Assembly (NCBI RefSeq): GCF_009914755.1
Contig: NC_060926.1
DNA: 64,000 bases
Source of the DNA: the human T2T-CHM13v2.0 reference genome, Homo sapiens
Direction: 5' to 3' (one strand)
This document shows positions 1-14,454 of the stretch, piece by piece. A program made the translations under genes and the position numbers. Under the pieces are notes generated by a model. That model worked only from the letters and a program-made list of their open reading frames with translations. It made no database searches and was not told the DNA's origin. Position 1 is the stretch's first letter. Each line of letters begins with the position of its first letter.

Positions 1-1499
1 TTAGCATTCCTGTCCTCTGCCCTCTAAATGCTGGCAGGGATACTCAGGCATTGTGACAATCAAAAAATGCTACTATATGTTTCCAAAGGTTCCCTGAGGG
101 AGATGAACCAACTAGGAATCAGTGAACTAAAACAAAGAAAATGTCACACGCTATGCCCAGACAGACAGCAAGCTGGAAATTTTTCAGGCAGGAAAATTAA
201 AAAAAAAAAAAAAGTTGAATATTTATGAATGTAATTAACATACACATACATTGAAAAGACATGTCTAATATTCCCATAAATAAAACATGCCAACTTATAA
301 AACAAATAACAAGAATTATCAAAAACGGCAACAAATAAAAGCTTTCTCTTTGTTCCATGGTGACTCTCTCCTTTTCTCATCACTTCCAAGTGCACAAGTC
401 TAGTTCTACCCTCATCATCTGTCACCCAGATAATCCCAGTAATCCTCTAACTTAACTAGTTCATCTGCTTTCTCTCATTGCAGCAAGTATTCTTTTTACA
501 AAATGAAAATCTGAGCATTGTACTTCCCAGCTTACATTTCTTCAAAGGCACCAAACTTCTTAGCTTGACATACAAAATCCTCCACAGTCCACTCTCCCAA
601 CTCCTTCAAGACTCAGTTCAAATGGCAATCTGTGCGGTCTTCCTTGGCCCTTGGTCCTCTCAGGTCTAGTTGACTACATCACTGCCTTTTCTGTGCTCCC
701 AAACTTCTATTATAGACCTCTCACCCTGTAGCACAATTGTTTATTTGCATGTCTTATTCATCTATGCATGTCAGTTCCTGATTAAAAAAAAGCTTGCAAT
801 AAACGTGTGTGAAAGAAATACATCAGTGATTATTTTAACTGTAATTATTAACCAAGTCTAGCTTGACAGCTTTCTCACCTATTGAACATCTCACTGACCT
901 TTCTGTAGTTTCATGAAATAATAAGGAACTTTTGCAAGAGAGAAAACTCTTCATTGACTGTGATTCTTACATGCTCTGTCTAAAACCTCTCACAAAATCA
1001 AGTGCTCCTCTTCAAGTGTAGTCTTCCCTGGGCAAATCCTTCTCCTTGCCCAGAGGACACATCTGACCTCCACTCAGACCCATGCTTCCATCATTCCTGT
1101 TCTCAGAGTTACAGAGACATCATCAGCAAGTTCTGCATAAAACCAAGTTACAGAAAGCATGCACAGGACACCTAAAATGGAAACACCAGGTCCACCAACG
1201 TTTGAACTTCTTGGCAACTTTACATTTGGATCTGTGCCTTCAAGACCTGGGAGGTGAAGAACCAAACATTCTTGGGGGAAGAAAGGCAGGTGACCAGGCC
1301 TGTCTTCCAACATTTTTTTGTCTAGTAGTTTCATCTGCTTTAAAAAGCTGTATTTTTCCCCAGCAATTTCTATGGATAGAGAATTTGACAAGTGGTTTCT
1401 TTATTTCAAAAAATCACAGCATGGTGGCTGCTTTGCTGCATGACCTAACCAAGAGCTGGTCAACTATGAATGATTTAATATCAGGTTCCCTGTGGGGCC

Positions 1500-1680
1500 A
1501 AATGTTTACTGAATGCTCACCAAGTGCCAGGACCTTGCATGTTCACAATATCCTTTAAATATTCCCAGGTACCTATAAGGTAGAAATTACTAACACCCAT
1601 TGTATAGTCCAGGAAACTGAAGCTCAGAGAGCTTCAGAGGTACACATCTGGAAAGCAGTCGAGCTAAATCTCTGAGCTGT
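1500..1680 (-). mobile_element. MIR SINE
   Basis: Reverse MIR core (ggaaactgaagctcagagag). Confidence 0.6.
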
Positions 1681-2116
1681 GATTCCAGACCATGTCCCAG
1701 TACCAGAAAGGGTTTGGCCACAGGTTAACTATGTCCAGGGAAGTTGGGAAGGGGTAGTTGGGGTATGGCCAGAAAGCTTCTATAATAATAGGAAGAGCCC
1801 AGAATTTTGCTTGGCAGCCAGTGATTTAAATTTACAACAGTGGCTTCAGCTCAGTTTCACAATTTAATCTATCCTTAATACCTTAAAGGAAGCCATAGAA
1901 ATTTTCTCTTTATAAAATGTGAGAATAGCATAGAATTTTTGCAAATACATAAATATTTACTAACTCCTCAAAAGTTATTCAAGATGCCAAATATCCCTTC
2001 TTGAAGAAACCATAAATAAACCTATATCATCTGTCCTACAGTGAAAATCCTCAGAGAATGCAATGGCATATTCAGGGGCATAGGATATGGTTTTATAATT
2101 TTCCAGCTCATATTTC

Positions 2117-2398
2117 TTTCTTTTTTTATTATTATTATACTTTAAGTTCTGGGGTACATGTGCAGAACGTGCAGGTTTGTTACATAAGCATGCACATGCC
2201 ATGGTGGTTTGCTGCACCCATCAACCCGTCATCTACACTAGGTATTTCTCCTAATGCTATCCCTCCCCTAGCCCCCCAACCCCCAGCAGGCCCCAGTGTG
2301 TGATGCTCCCCTCCCTGTGTCCATGTGTTCTCATTGTTCAACTCCCACTTATGAGTGAGAACCTGTGATGTTTGGTTTTCTGTTCTTGTGTTAGTTTA
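2117..2398 (-). mobile_element. L1PA 3' end fragment
   Basis: Reverse L1 3' UTR with poly(T). 15-bp TSD tccagctcatatttc at 2102-2116 and 2399-2413. Confidence 0.95.
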
Positions 2399-3857
2399 TC
2401 CAGCTCATATTTCATTGGAGACAAAGACATAATAAAGTTATGTAAGCAGGGAAGAGAATTTTCAATTATAAAGATTCTAAAAAGTAACAACATTTTAGTT
2501 GTATATTTGTATGGTATTTTTAATGCAATCAAGCTTTACAAATGAATGCAGTCAATATATCCCAATATTTTGTGAAATTCCCTCTAAATAGAGCATGTAA
2601 GACATCCATTAAAGTTTATTTTTAGCTAAGAGCCAAACCCTGTTTCATTTTATTATATCCCTCATCGAGTTTTAACTTAGAAAACATAAATAAAACAAGA
2701 CATTAAGTGACTTAATAATAAAAGCTTATCCTAGAGTGTGTTTCAGGATTGCTTTCTACACCCACCCCCAACTACTGCTCTCACTAAATCATTCTTTCCA
2801 AATGTGCTGAGATGAAGGAGCAAAGGTGTCCTTAAGCCTGACTTTTCCTTAAAACCATATATTAAAAGTTTCCCTGGTGTGCTCCTCTCAAACTAAAACT
2901 GGCTTATGATTAAGAGCAAGAGTGGCAGGGAGTGACTGAGATGAGAAGGAAACACTCTAATTTGTCATCAAAAAAATAAATCAGAAAATAGCCTTTAATC
3001 TTAAGAGTACAATTTACTGATTTAGTCATTTATTTACAAAATTGATGGAAATTGTTAACAAGGAGTTAATTGATTTAAGTCACCTGATTACCACAGTTAA
3101 TTAACCACACTGACTTAATCTTCTTTGAAAACATCAACTAATCATTTCCCAGGTGTCAAGGGGTAAATCGTTAAATAAAAAATAAACCTCTGTCCTCCTC
3201 TTCAAGAGAGATTTCTTGAGTGTGTTTTCTTTACGGATTCCAATCTAGCCACAAGCCAAGTTTGGGGAAATTTTGTTCTTATATGACTATACTGAAAGAG
3301 CTGCCTTCTTTCCAGAATTTTTTCTCCGTTATAATAAAGGAAAGGCAGTCTTGCAAGCTTACCGTGAGTGTCATTTTGAATTACTTCAAAAATGAGCAAG
3401 GAACACTGCGTAAATAAAAATGAACAAATAAAAGGCAACAGAGACATTCATCTGGGAAGGTCAGTTTTCAAAAAAGGAACTTAAAACACACTTTATTGGG
3501 AGGGTGTGGCCACAAAGGAGTAGCACAAGGGAGTTAGTGGGGGTGATTGAACTGTTCTAATCCCGAATGAGGTTGTGGCTACACAAATATATACATGCAC
3601 TAACATTTACAGAACTGTGCACACACACAGCAATTTTAGCCTATGTTAATTTTTAAAATTAAAGCACTTCATAAAGGCCGATTCTCTTTTTTACAGATAG
3701 AAAAATGGAGGTTTGACCCCTTGGCCCCACCTCAAAAGGAAAAGAGGGGGCGGTCAAAAAAAAAAAAAAAACGAGCACTGTTAGAGAAACTCAGAAAAAC
3801 ATCCTACATGACTCTTGTCGTTCTTGTTCTGAGTTAGCAGAACCACTGCTTCTCTCC

Positions 3858-3887
3858 AAAAACAAAACAAAACAAAACAAAACAAAA
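3858..3887. repeat. (AAAAC)n microsatellite
   Basis: Direct reading. Confidence 0.9.
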
Positions 3888-4558
3888 GTCAATTGTCTTT
3901 GATCCACCAATGTGCCCATAGAACAGGAAGGCCCTGGAGGGAATCAAAGTCCCAGGTCACTGTGACAAGTCACACTTAGACCTCCTAAAGGGAAGAAGTA
4001 ACTACAGCTTTAATAAAACTCCATCCTCTTCCTATCCCTTTCTCCTTCCTTCAATCACAGCAAAATGCTTGAAAAATAAATCTGGATTACAGTGGGATTT
4101 TGTTGCACATATTCACAATCAGCAACAACTATTAAAGACCCTTTTGATTTCCCTTACAGGGAAACGAAAGTGTTCAATACAATATGATCCTTCTTAGCCC
4201 AAGTCCCTCTTGGTGCCATGTTCTCTCGTCTGCACTGTTGGGTTTAATTATTTACAGCAAGAAGCATCTAACTTCCACTGTCTTTCAGTTAGTACGTTCA
4301 ATTTTTAAACCATGCATTTTGTTTTTCACTAGAATCTTAGCTTTCAATGATTACTTAGCAAATTCTTTCAACACTTCACTGAACCAAATATTAGGGAAGA
4401 AGTAAATTCTTATATCAGAAGTGACCTTGAAAAAAAAATGCAGAATTTTGGTACATAAAAACCAATCATTTGACAATTGACTTGGGACATGTGTATATTC
4501 AATTTTATGCATTTGCAAATTCTTTTTTTATTACACAGTAACTTTAAAGAAAAACAGA

Positions 4559-4680
4559 GCTAGGCACAGTGGCACACACCTTAGTCCCAGCTATTCAGGA
4601 GGCTGAGGCAGGAGGGTTACTTGAGCCTAGGAGTTTGAATCCAGCCTGGGCAACATAGTGAGACCCCCATCTCTAAATTT
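4559..4680 (+). mobile_element. Alu monomer (FLAM-type)
   Basis: Single Alu arm ending gtgagacccccatctct followed by an A-rich tail. Confidence 0.85.
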
Positions 4681-6014
4681 TTTTAAAAATAGAAAAACAG
4701 GATTCCCTATTAATAGTAATCATTATGGTCTAGACAAATTATAACTGCCATGTATATTAAAATCCAAGGGTCTCTTCTCAAACTTACCAGGCACTGATGA
4801 ATCCCCAAGGAATGGTTGATGGAGTCTTGCAACTGTGTTGCTTTTAACGACAACTTTTCCTTTTGTTGTAACAACTCAGTTTCAATTGCTAACTAGAGGA
4901 AGGACAGCCATACTAGAAGCTTTTAAGTTCTATCTTTGAGGCCTTCCTAATAGATCACAGCTGAAATTCCCCATAAAGCCATTCTAAGAAAAAGCACAAG
5001 CATAATAACCCTTTATTCCCCAGAAAAGGAAGTTGGCTTATTTTCAAGACTATATCACACCTCTAGTACCTTCTTTCCCTCTTTCATCCCCATTAAAACA
5101 TACCAGCTTTGTGTCTCCTTCTCTCTGAACCTTGCTCTGACAAACATTTACTGTGCATTACTATCTCAACTAACTACTTTACCCTACAGGAGTGAACATT
5201 TCCACATTGTAATAGGAGTTTCAGGAGGAAAGAATGTCTTACTCCGAAGAACTGACTTTAGTAATGACAGAGCAGAGATCTTTGGCCGTAGTGAGAGATA
5301 CTTTGGGACCAAGAGACCTTTAAGCACATCCAGCACATAGGAAATGTCTCCTCCATCTCTACAACAGCAGTGTTCTCCGGGAAGTAAAGAAACTCAGCTC
5401 TCACTTGGTTGTTCATTTTTTTCTTCAGTGACTTTAAATAAGAGAACTTAATAATTTTTTTCATTAGTAGTAAACAACAACAACCTCTGAAAATTTATAG
5501 ATGACTGCTGTCCCTAACGGAAGGTTAAAATTGAACTCTCTGATTAGGTAAGGGTCCTTTGAATTAAAAGACACATAATTATAGAGGGAAAAAAAAAAAA
5601 GGTGTTCCCAGATAATGAAATAGTAATATAGGAGAAACCCAGCAGAGAGAAATCAATCCGTACCTAAAAAGTACAGTCTTCTAGTCTTCTAGAAGGAAGT
5701 GGAAATATACTCTGTTCAATAGTAAGTTGTTTTGGATGTGGCCTATGTTGAAGGTCTCTGTCTATACTCTGCAGTACCTAGTTACATCACGCCTAGAGCA
5801 TGATAAGGCTGCAACATATATTGAATGAATGAATGAATGAATGAACTGCCAAGAGTAGCAAAAAAATGTCCAAAAGTTGGGTCGCAATGGTACCAGCCTC
5901 TGAAATGAGGTCATCTGATCATAATATGAGAAATTAAATGAGGCTTCATTTGATTACGTACAGAGGACTATCTTCCACTTGCTCCAAATTATCCATGGTG
6001 ACAACATATACAAA

Positions 6015-6200
6015 TAAGGGTTCTGGGTTCAAATGTTGGCTCTGCCACTTAGTAACTGAATTGCTTTGGGCAAATTACCTCACCTGTCATTGTCTTGGTC
6101 CTTTATCCATAAAATTTTTACTGTTACTACATAAGTAGGTAAACTAATACCTACAAAACACTTAGGCCAATGCCTGGTATAGAAAGCACTCAAATAATTT
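6015..6200 (+). mobile_element. MIR SINE
   Basis: ctgggttcaaat..ctctgccacttag..tgggcaaattac core. Confidence 0.65.
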
Positions 6201-7534
6201 AGTCACTTTTATTGTGGCTTATTTCCCAACTTCTCTACTCATCTATGTGTGGAATTCCATCATTCTCCTGCCTCCAACCTATTTGTTACTTATGGAGTCC
6301 TCAAAAGAATGGGGACTGAGATGAGGGAGACTATGTCCAGGAGACAAGTGGCCATGGGTCCTTTTCAGCAGTCAGGGGCCCTCTTCGTCTGTGCCCATTT
6401 TTCCTTCATTCATCAGGAACAAGACCCATGAATGTCCTGACTTGACATGTGATGTTCTTTCCACCACAATCCATGCTGCCTCCCTGAGTGGAGAAACCAC
6501 TCCCCTCTTCAAAGAGGGCCTTTTGTTTGATCAAGGCTGTTTTCACTGTGTCATGGTCTCAGACAGCTTTCTTTTGTGTTCTGTTTAAATACAGAATGAC
6601 AGTCCACTAACACGATGTCTAAAAACTTTGGCTTATCTTTTTGTAAAAGCTACTGTATCAAATCTGTCCTAAAAATAGCAGAATGACCCATTCTGTATGT
6701 ACAGGGGAATTCTCACAGGGTAACCAAGTATCTGGGATGGAAGTTAAAAAGAAGGATGCAGATTCAACTACTCAAATGCATTGGGAATCACCAGCAGGGC
6801 GGGAGTGGGAGGCACTGGGGTGGAGAAAAGGGGGGAGTCGGATCGAGAGAAACAGCGTTGCTAAGCCACTTGCTTTGATAGAGACAGCAATTTTCCTTTT
6901 TCTCCATCAGGACCCTGACTGGGCCTCCAGGGGCCTCGAGGAATTAAGGGCTGGTAGTACCAGGGAATGGTGATGAGCTGAGGATGCCCCTTCTTAGCAC
7001 CCATGGTGACATCTGTCCATTCATTTATTCAATGTATATTCATTTATTTAGCCCTTTTCTGGACACTAGGGAAAGCAATGGATAAAAGAGATGAAAATCC
7101 CTGCCCTTGTGCCATTTACATCTTAGGGAAGGGAAGATAATAAGTAAGGAAATAAACAAACAACTAACTAAGTTACATACCTTATGTCAGATGGTGGTAA
7201 GCGCAATGGAGAAAGTAAATCAGGAAAGAAGAGGTCGGGAAAGAATCAGAGAAGGCCACACTGAGAGGGTGACCTATGAGCAAAGACCTGTAGGAGGAAA
7301 GGAAGTAAGTCATGCACCATCTGAGGCAAGAGCATTTAGGAAAAAGGGGGGCAAGTGCAAAGGCCCAAAAGTGCTCACCATGTCAGGGAAAACAAGGATA
7401 TCACTGTGCCTGGTGCACTGTGCATGGGGAGAGGAGAAGGAAATGAGGTCAGGGAGGTGATGTGAAGGCCAAATGGTTAGGGTCTTGTAGATCATAGTAA
7501 GGACTTGGACTTTGACTCTTCATGAGATGGGAAG

Positions 7535-7914
7535 CAGTGGTACACCCAGAGATGTGCCATGCAGCTTCCCCTTATAGGAAGGACCAGCTATGAGGAAGGA
7601 CTTTCTTCCTGCAATCAGCTCCTTTGGGGTCTGCCTCAGCTATAGAAAGCCACCTGCCCAAGGTCGTGTCCTTCCAGGACAGGCCACATCCAGTGATTAA
7701 GCAAGGCCATTTCAGCCTGACATAGGACACTCTAACAGGCAACTCTTGCTCCAGAGCTTCCTCTGGGTTGACCAACAGCTGCCAGAGTTCAACTTCTTCT
7801 TCTGCCCATCCTGCTTCCTCCCTTTCCCTTCACACGCATTGATCTTAATAAATATTATATACTCCAAGCTCCATCTCAGTGTCTGTTTTTGGGCAACCCA
7901 ACTTGAGTATGACA
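7535..7914 (+). mobile_element. ERVL solo LTR (LTR16-like) nested in L2
   Basis: aataaa followed by ctccatctcagtgtctgttttt gggcaacccaact...gaca LTR terminus. L2 resumes afterwards. Confidence 0.65.
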
Positions 7915-8434
7915 GAAACCATGGGAGCTTCTGAGCAGAGGGGTGCTGTGATCTGACTGATGTTCTAAAAAAGTTGCTACAGCAAGGAAATCAGTATGGA
8001 AGCCATTGCAATCGTCGAGGCAAGAGAGGGCAGTCGGTTGAATCAGGGTGGCAGAAGTGAAGATGGTGAAAAGTAGTTGGATTCTAGATGTATTTTGAAG
8101 ATCAAAACAATGGGATTTTCTAAGGAATTCTATATGGGGTAGAGGAGCAAAAGAAAAGTCAAAGTAGGATACAGTTTGAGGCTTGAGCAAGGATGAGGAA
8201 GCCATTTGCTGAGATGAGAAATTCCACATGGAAAGCAAGTTTGGACATTAGTGGAGATCAGGAGTTCAATTTCAGACATGTGAAGTCTGAGATGACTATT
8301 GGCCAGCCAGGTGGACATGTCAAATGAGCAGTTGGATATGTGGGTCTAGACTATAGGGTAGTGGTCTGGATTAGATTCATAAATTTGAAAGTTGTCAGCA
8401 TGTACATGGTAAAGAAGTATATATGGAGTCCTCA

Positions 8435-8770
<336 letters not shown>

Positions 8771-10527
8771 CTATCCCCAGAGGACAAGTGGCCCTGGGTC
8801 CTTTTCAGCAGCCTGGGGCCCTCTTTGGTTGTGCCTATTTTTCCTTCTTTCTTCAGGAACAAGATCCATGAATGTCCTGACTTGACATGTGATGTTCTTT
8901 CCACCAGAGTCCATGCCGCCTCCCTGAATTGGGAAACCACTCCCTGCTTCAAAGAGGGCCATGAGACAGGATGAGGCCACCAAGGAGGCAGTGTAGCTAG
9001 AGATGAAAACAGGTCAGGGATATAGACAGGAACAAGCATGAGATACCAAGGGTAGGCCAGCAAGGAAGAAAAGAAACCAGGAGAAGGCAGTTTCTTGAAA
9101 ATCTAACTAAGTGTTTCAAGGAGGAAGTCAGGATACACTGTGTGTGATGCTGCTAACCAGTTAAATAAGGACCAGAGCTGAAAATAGATCATTGGATTTA
9201 ACAACATGGAAGTCATGAGTGACTTTGACCAAAAAAATATCTATCAAGGATGAGGGCTAAAGCAAAATGGCATGGATTTGAGAAAAAATTGAAAGGTAAT
9301 TACAGTGGATATAGGCACATCTGTACAAGAATTTTACTGTAAAGTGGAACCGAAAAAATAGAGTGATAGTTAGAAGGTAATGTGGAACAGAGGATTTCAT
9401 AAAAGAAAGAGGGGACAATTGCAGAGAGGTGAGAGGGAATGAGATCTAGAACATGAATGAAATGGTTGGACTTAAGAACTGGGAAAATTCTTCCAGAGTA
9501 ATAGGAGGAAAGACAGAAGATATAAGACGAAGTTCAAATGATGATGGTTGAGTTATAGAAGTTTATGGAATTCTCTTCTGGTTGCTTCCATTTTCACAGT
9601 TTTAAAAAGCTCACTCTACATGTGAGAAGGTGATGTCAGAGGTTTGAGGAAAGAGGAGAAGATATAAGGAAGCAAGAGAGGCAATAGACAGACTAGGAAG
9701 CAAGTCCTAAGCTTGAGATTGGCTTCATGAATGTCAAGCGAGGCTAGTCAGTATAGTTGTGTTTTTCTCCTGCCATGTTTAGCTACAGAGTTGCAGATGT
9801 GGAGAACTGGATTTAACCAGGATCAGGGCCTTGCCAAGCACAACAGAGCCAGATAAAGGGGCCAAGCTGCTGAGCGCGTATGTATGCAGGGAAGTGAAAT
9901 TAATGATGGCCATAAAATATAAGCTGAGGAAGTAAATAGGTGAGGGATTTGAGGGATGGTGAAGAGGCGGTAGGATCAACAAACTGTAAGTCCCAATGAG
10001 GTCAACAAAGAGTTGAGGCTGGGATACAAAGGAAATGAGCCATGAAGTTTTTCAATACTTCCATTCCAAGCATGGAACAGACAGCTTCTCTAGAAGCCAG
10101 TGGGCTGTGTCAGGGGTGTTCTGAGATGAATTCAGATTCAGGTGAGAAAAGATTAGAAGACCTGCAACAGTTATTTACCTCAATGAATCCAATGTTCTTA
10201 GGAGGGTCTGGGGGGAACTTCAAAGGTGACCAAGGTAAGAACAAAACATACAATTAAGACACAAACAGTGGCATATTTAGGGAGAGGTTCAGGACCTGCC
10301 ACGCTGGCCAAAAAAGGAGGTGGCCAGGAATGAGGGTAGTACTTCATGTCACCCTCAGACTTAAAAGAGTCCTGTCCTTCTTGTTGTAGCTAGCTTGTAA
10401 CATTCCCATCCAAAAGAAAGAGATTTAACAGAGTATATTTAACTGCCACTGAAGAAATTTGCAGTGTTAAGTCAGTTCACCTCTAAGTCTGTTTACAAAA
10501 CTGAAAAATGAGAGGGTACCTAGATCA

Positions 10528-11165
10528 CACGTTCCCAAAAATTGGTCCAGCCCTCAGAATCACCTTGAAACTTTTAAAAATACAGATTTTCCACATTTTC
10601 TTTATCTAGTCTATCACTGATGGGCATTTGGGTTGGTTGTGGCACATATGCACCATGGAATAATATGCAGCCATAAAAAGGAATGAGTTCATGTCATTTG
10701 CAGGGACATGAATGACGCTGGAAGCCATCATTCTCAGCAAACTAACATAGGAACAGAAAACCAAACACCGCATGTTCTCACTCATAAGTGGGAGATGAAC
10801 AATGAGAACACATGGTCACAGGGGGGGGAACATCACACACAGAGAGGGGAACATCACACACCGGGGCCTGTCAGGGGGTGGGGGCCAAGGGAAGGGAGAG
10901 CATTAGGACAAATACCTAATGCATGTGAGCCTTAAAACCTAGATGAAAGGTTGATAGGTACAGCAAACCACCATGGCACATGTATACCTATGTAACAAAC
11001 CTGCACATTCTGCATATGTATCCCAGAACTGAAAGTAAAATAAAATAAAATTTTTAAAAAACACAGATTTTCATACCCCTGCTTTAGTAAGGGTGAGTTT
11101 TGATTTAAGAATCTCTATACTTTTTTAAGTTCCTCAGGTGATTTTGATGATATGCCAAGTTTGGG
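10528..11165. mobile_element. MER5-like hAT DNA transposon split by an L1 insertion
   Basis: cagaatcaccttgaaacttttaaaaatacagatt on the left and aagttcctcaggtgattttgat on the right. Confidence 0.6.
10591..11056 (+). mobile_element. 5'-inverted (twin-primed) truncated L1PA
   Basis: 10591-10638 is reverse-complement L1, followed by sense L1 3' end. TSD aaaaa(t/c)acagattttc at 10576-10591 and 11057-11072. Confidence 0.9.
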
Positions 11166-11269
11166 GAGCTAGCTGACTTTGTCTAGGGTCCTTAGAAATT
11201 CTAACAATCTGTAAGTTATTGTGATGAAATAATACTTTTGAGAACATAACTAAAACCTTCTCAAAGTTG

Positions 11270-11535
11270 GATTCCCCCTGGATAGGATCAAGGAAACACG
11301 TAGCCCCATTTGCCCTGGCAGCCATATCAGAATCATATGGGAAGCCAGACCGCACACAAAGGTGAAACTTAGGGGGGAGTAGGGTCAAGGAAAACACAAA
11401 GAAAGAGAACTGGAGCCCTGACTGCACCTCGCCTGAACCCCACTCTGCCTCAGTATTTTTTACTCACATAAGCCAAGAAATACCCTTTATTGTGTAGGCC
11501 ATTTTGAGTTGGGTTTTCTGTTTCTTGCAACAAAA
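11270..11535 (+). mobile_element. MLT1 (MaLR) LTR fragment
   Basis: Typical 3' end: aggccattttgagttgggttttctgtttcttgcaac. Confidence 0.55.
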
Positions 11536-11710
11536 AGTATTCTCCACACCCTTCCCCACATCAAAATTAAACCAGTGTGGAAGTACATGCTAGCATGTAT
11601 CACCCCCCTTCTAGTGAGATTAAAATGTGGGTAGGATTGCCATATTTCTGATAAAATACTTTCATTCTTAAATTCAACTTTAAGAATTTCCTGACAAAAT
11701 AAATGATTTC

Positions 11711-12020
11711 AGCCGGGCATGGTGGCTAGCGCCTATAATCCCAGCACTTTGGGAAGCTGAGGCGGGAGGATCACTTGAGCTCAGGGGTTTGAGGCCAGCC
11801 TGAACAACATGGAGAAACCTCATCTCTACAAAAAATATAAAAATTAACTGTGAGTGGTGGTATGTGTCTGTAGTCCCAGCTTCTTGTGGGGTTAAGCGGA
11901 GAGGATCTCTTCAGCCTGGGAAGTTGAGGCTGCAGGGAGCCATGCACTCCAGCCTGAGTGATAAAGTGAGACCCTCTCTGGCCTGGGTGATAAAGTAAGA
12001 CCTTGTCTCAAAAAATAAAA
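11711..12020 (+). mobile_element. Alu (AluJ-type) with duplicated 3' end
   Basis: Dimeric Alu with TSD aaaataaa(t/c)gattt. Confidence 0.92.
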
Positions 12021-13394
12021 ATAAACGATTTTGATTTTTTCAACCTTTACTCAGGAAATTTTCTCCTTGTTAATGACATAAAAACCAAAGAACTGGGCCC
12101 AAAGTGACAAGCAAATCACTGACAGTATAAGACAGAATATTTTTATAGAGGAATCCAAGAATGTCCAGCATAACAGAAGTGTAGCTACTTTCCTTTTCGT
12201 CTTTTTCAGGTTTCCTCAACACCTTCAAAAGTACACATGCTCTTACTTAATGTGAATCAGTAGATCAGTGAGGAAAGACTTATTTTCAAAGTTACCAGGA
12301 ATCTTCATGTGTTATTCGCTGATAGTACATAAATTTAAAGGAGACCTTGGATATTGCTTACAAACTTGGATCTCAAGATCTGGACAATAAATGCGCCATT
12401 GTATCCATGGTAACAGTGGCTCAACTATTCAATGCACAGAATGGTAATTACATTTCCTCCTTTCATTCATTTCTCACTGTTTCCAGTAACCTTGAGGTCA
12501 GGCATGACCTGAGGGCTAATGACCAAAAGTGAAACTTCAAATTGTCTAATCTGTCATTATCTAGGAAAGACTTACATTTCTTTGCACTGAATTTCAGTGC
12601 TATCCTAAATCAGAAGTGTCCTAATATAAAAGTTAACCATCTTATTTTTAGAATGATAATGTCTCCATTTTCTCAGCTAATGTGATTAGAGATAAGACTT
12701 AAATTAGAGACCAACAAAGTAACCATCAGCAAAGAGTACATATATCTGGCATTTCTGAATTAATCCAATAAGGTGTGATGGATACGTGTTCTACCATTTA
12801 TGAAAGAAGTCCATAGATGAAGTGCTAAGGACACTCAGATGTGCACCAAGATGTGTTCTGTCTCCACAGAAGCATCTTAACCTGTCTGCAAACTCTTTAA
12901 GCTTCTTTCTCTCTACCCCATCCTTATAGCAAAGGACTAGTGCTTGGAAAACAGACAAACTCTTAGGAACATAAACATTGGAGTGAAGTAAATTGGAAAA
13001 GGAGTAGGAGCCTAAGATTCACAGAAAAATGAAATACTGCACCGGACTTAAGGGATCCTGTAGTCTGATCGCTCAGCTCATTTTCCAGAACTTTCCTGTC
13101 TATCACAAAGCTCTGCTCCAAATAAGAAAACTTTAGGATCCAAATAAACCTTCTAAAAGTCCTTCTTTCTCCTGTTCTCCTTCTAAACTTAAAGTTGCAA
13201 CATGGTCACATGGGCACAGATCACCATGTCTTTTTTCTTAATGTTTCCAATACTTTATTCCTTTCAATTCTGTAAGTTACCCCAGGGCTGCCAGCTCTTG
13301 AGAAATTTCTGTAGCTTTTTCAAGTGTGTCTTCACATACAAAATGAAAATAACATCGTCAGTCAATTTTATCTGATAAGGTATACTGAACACCT

Positions 13395-14260
<866 letters not shown>

Positions 14261-14454
14261 ACCAACATAACAGTACTGAATAACATGTGAAGTTGTGGTA
14301 GCCACTGTAAGGATGTAACAACATGCACAGGTGCATCATTCTCAGACCCACGGTAAAGAAGATACCAAAATACTGCAACATCTTCCTCCTCTCAAGTTTG
14401 GAAAAAGTAAAATTCTCGTATTGGGTAATAATGATGAATGGAAATCTATATGAG

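Noticed and set aside
1074-1558. 158-aa (+) and 105-aa (-) ORFs in intron 1
   Set aside because: No recognisable domain, no Cys-rich LDLR repeat, and no poly(A)/TSD signature of a retrogene.
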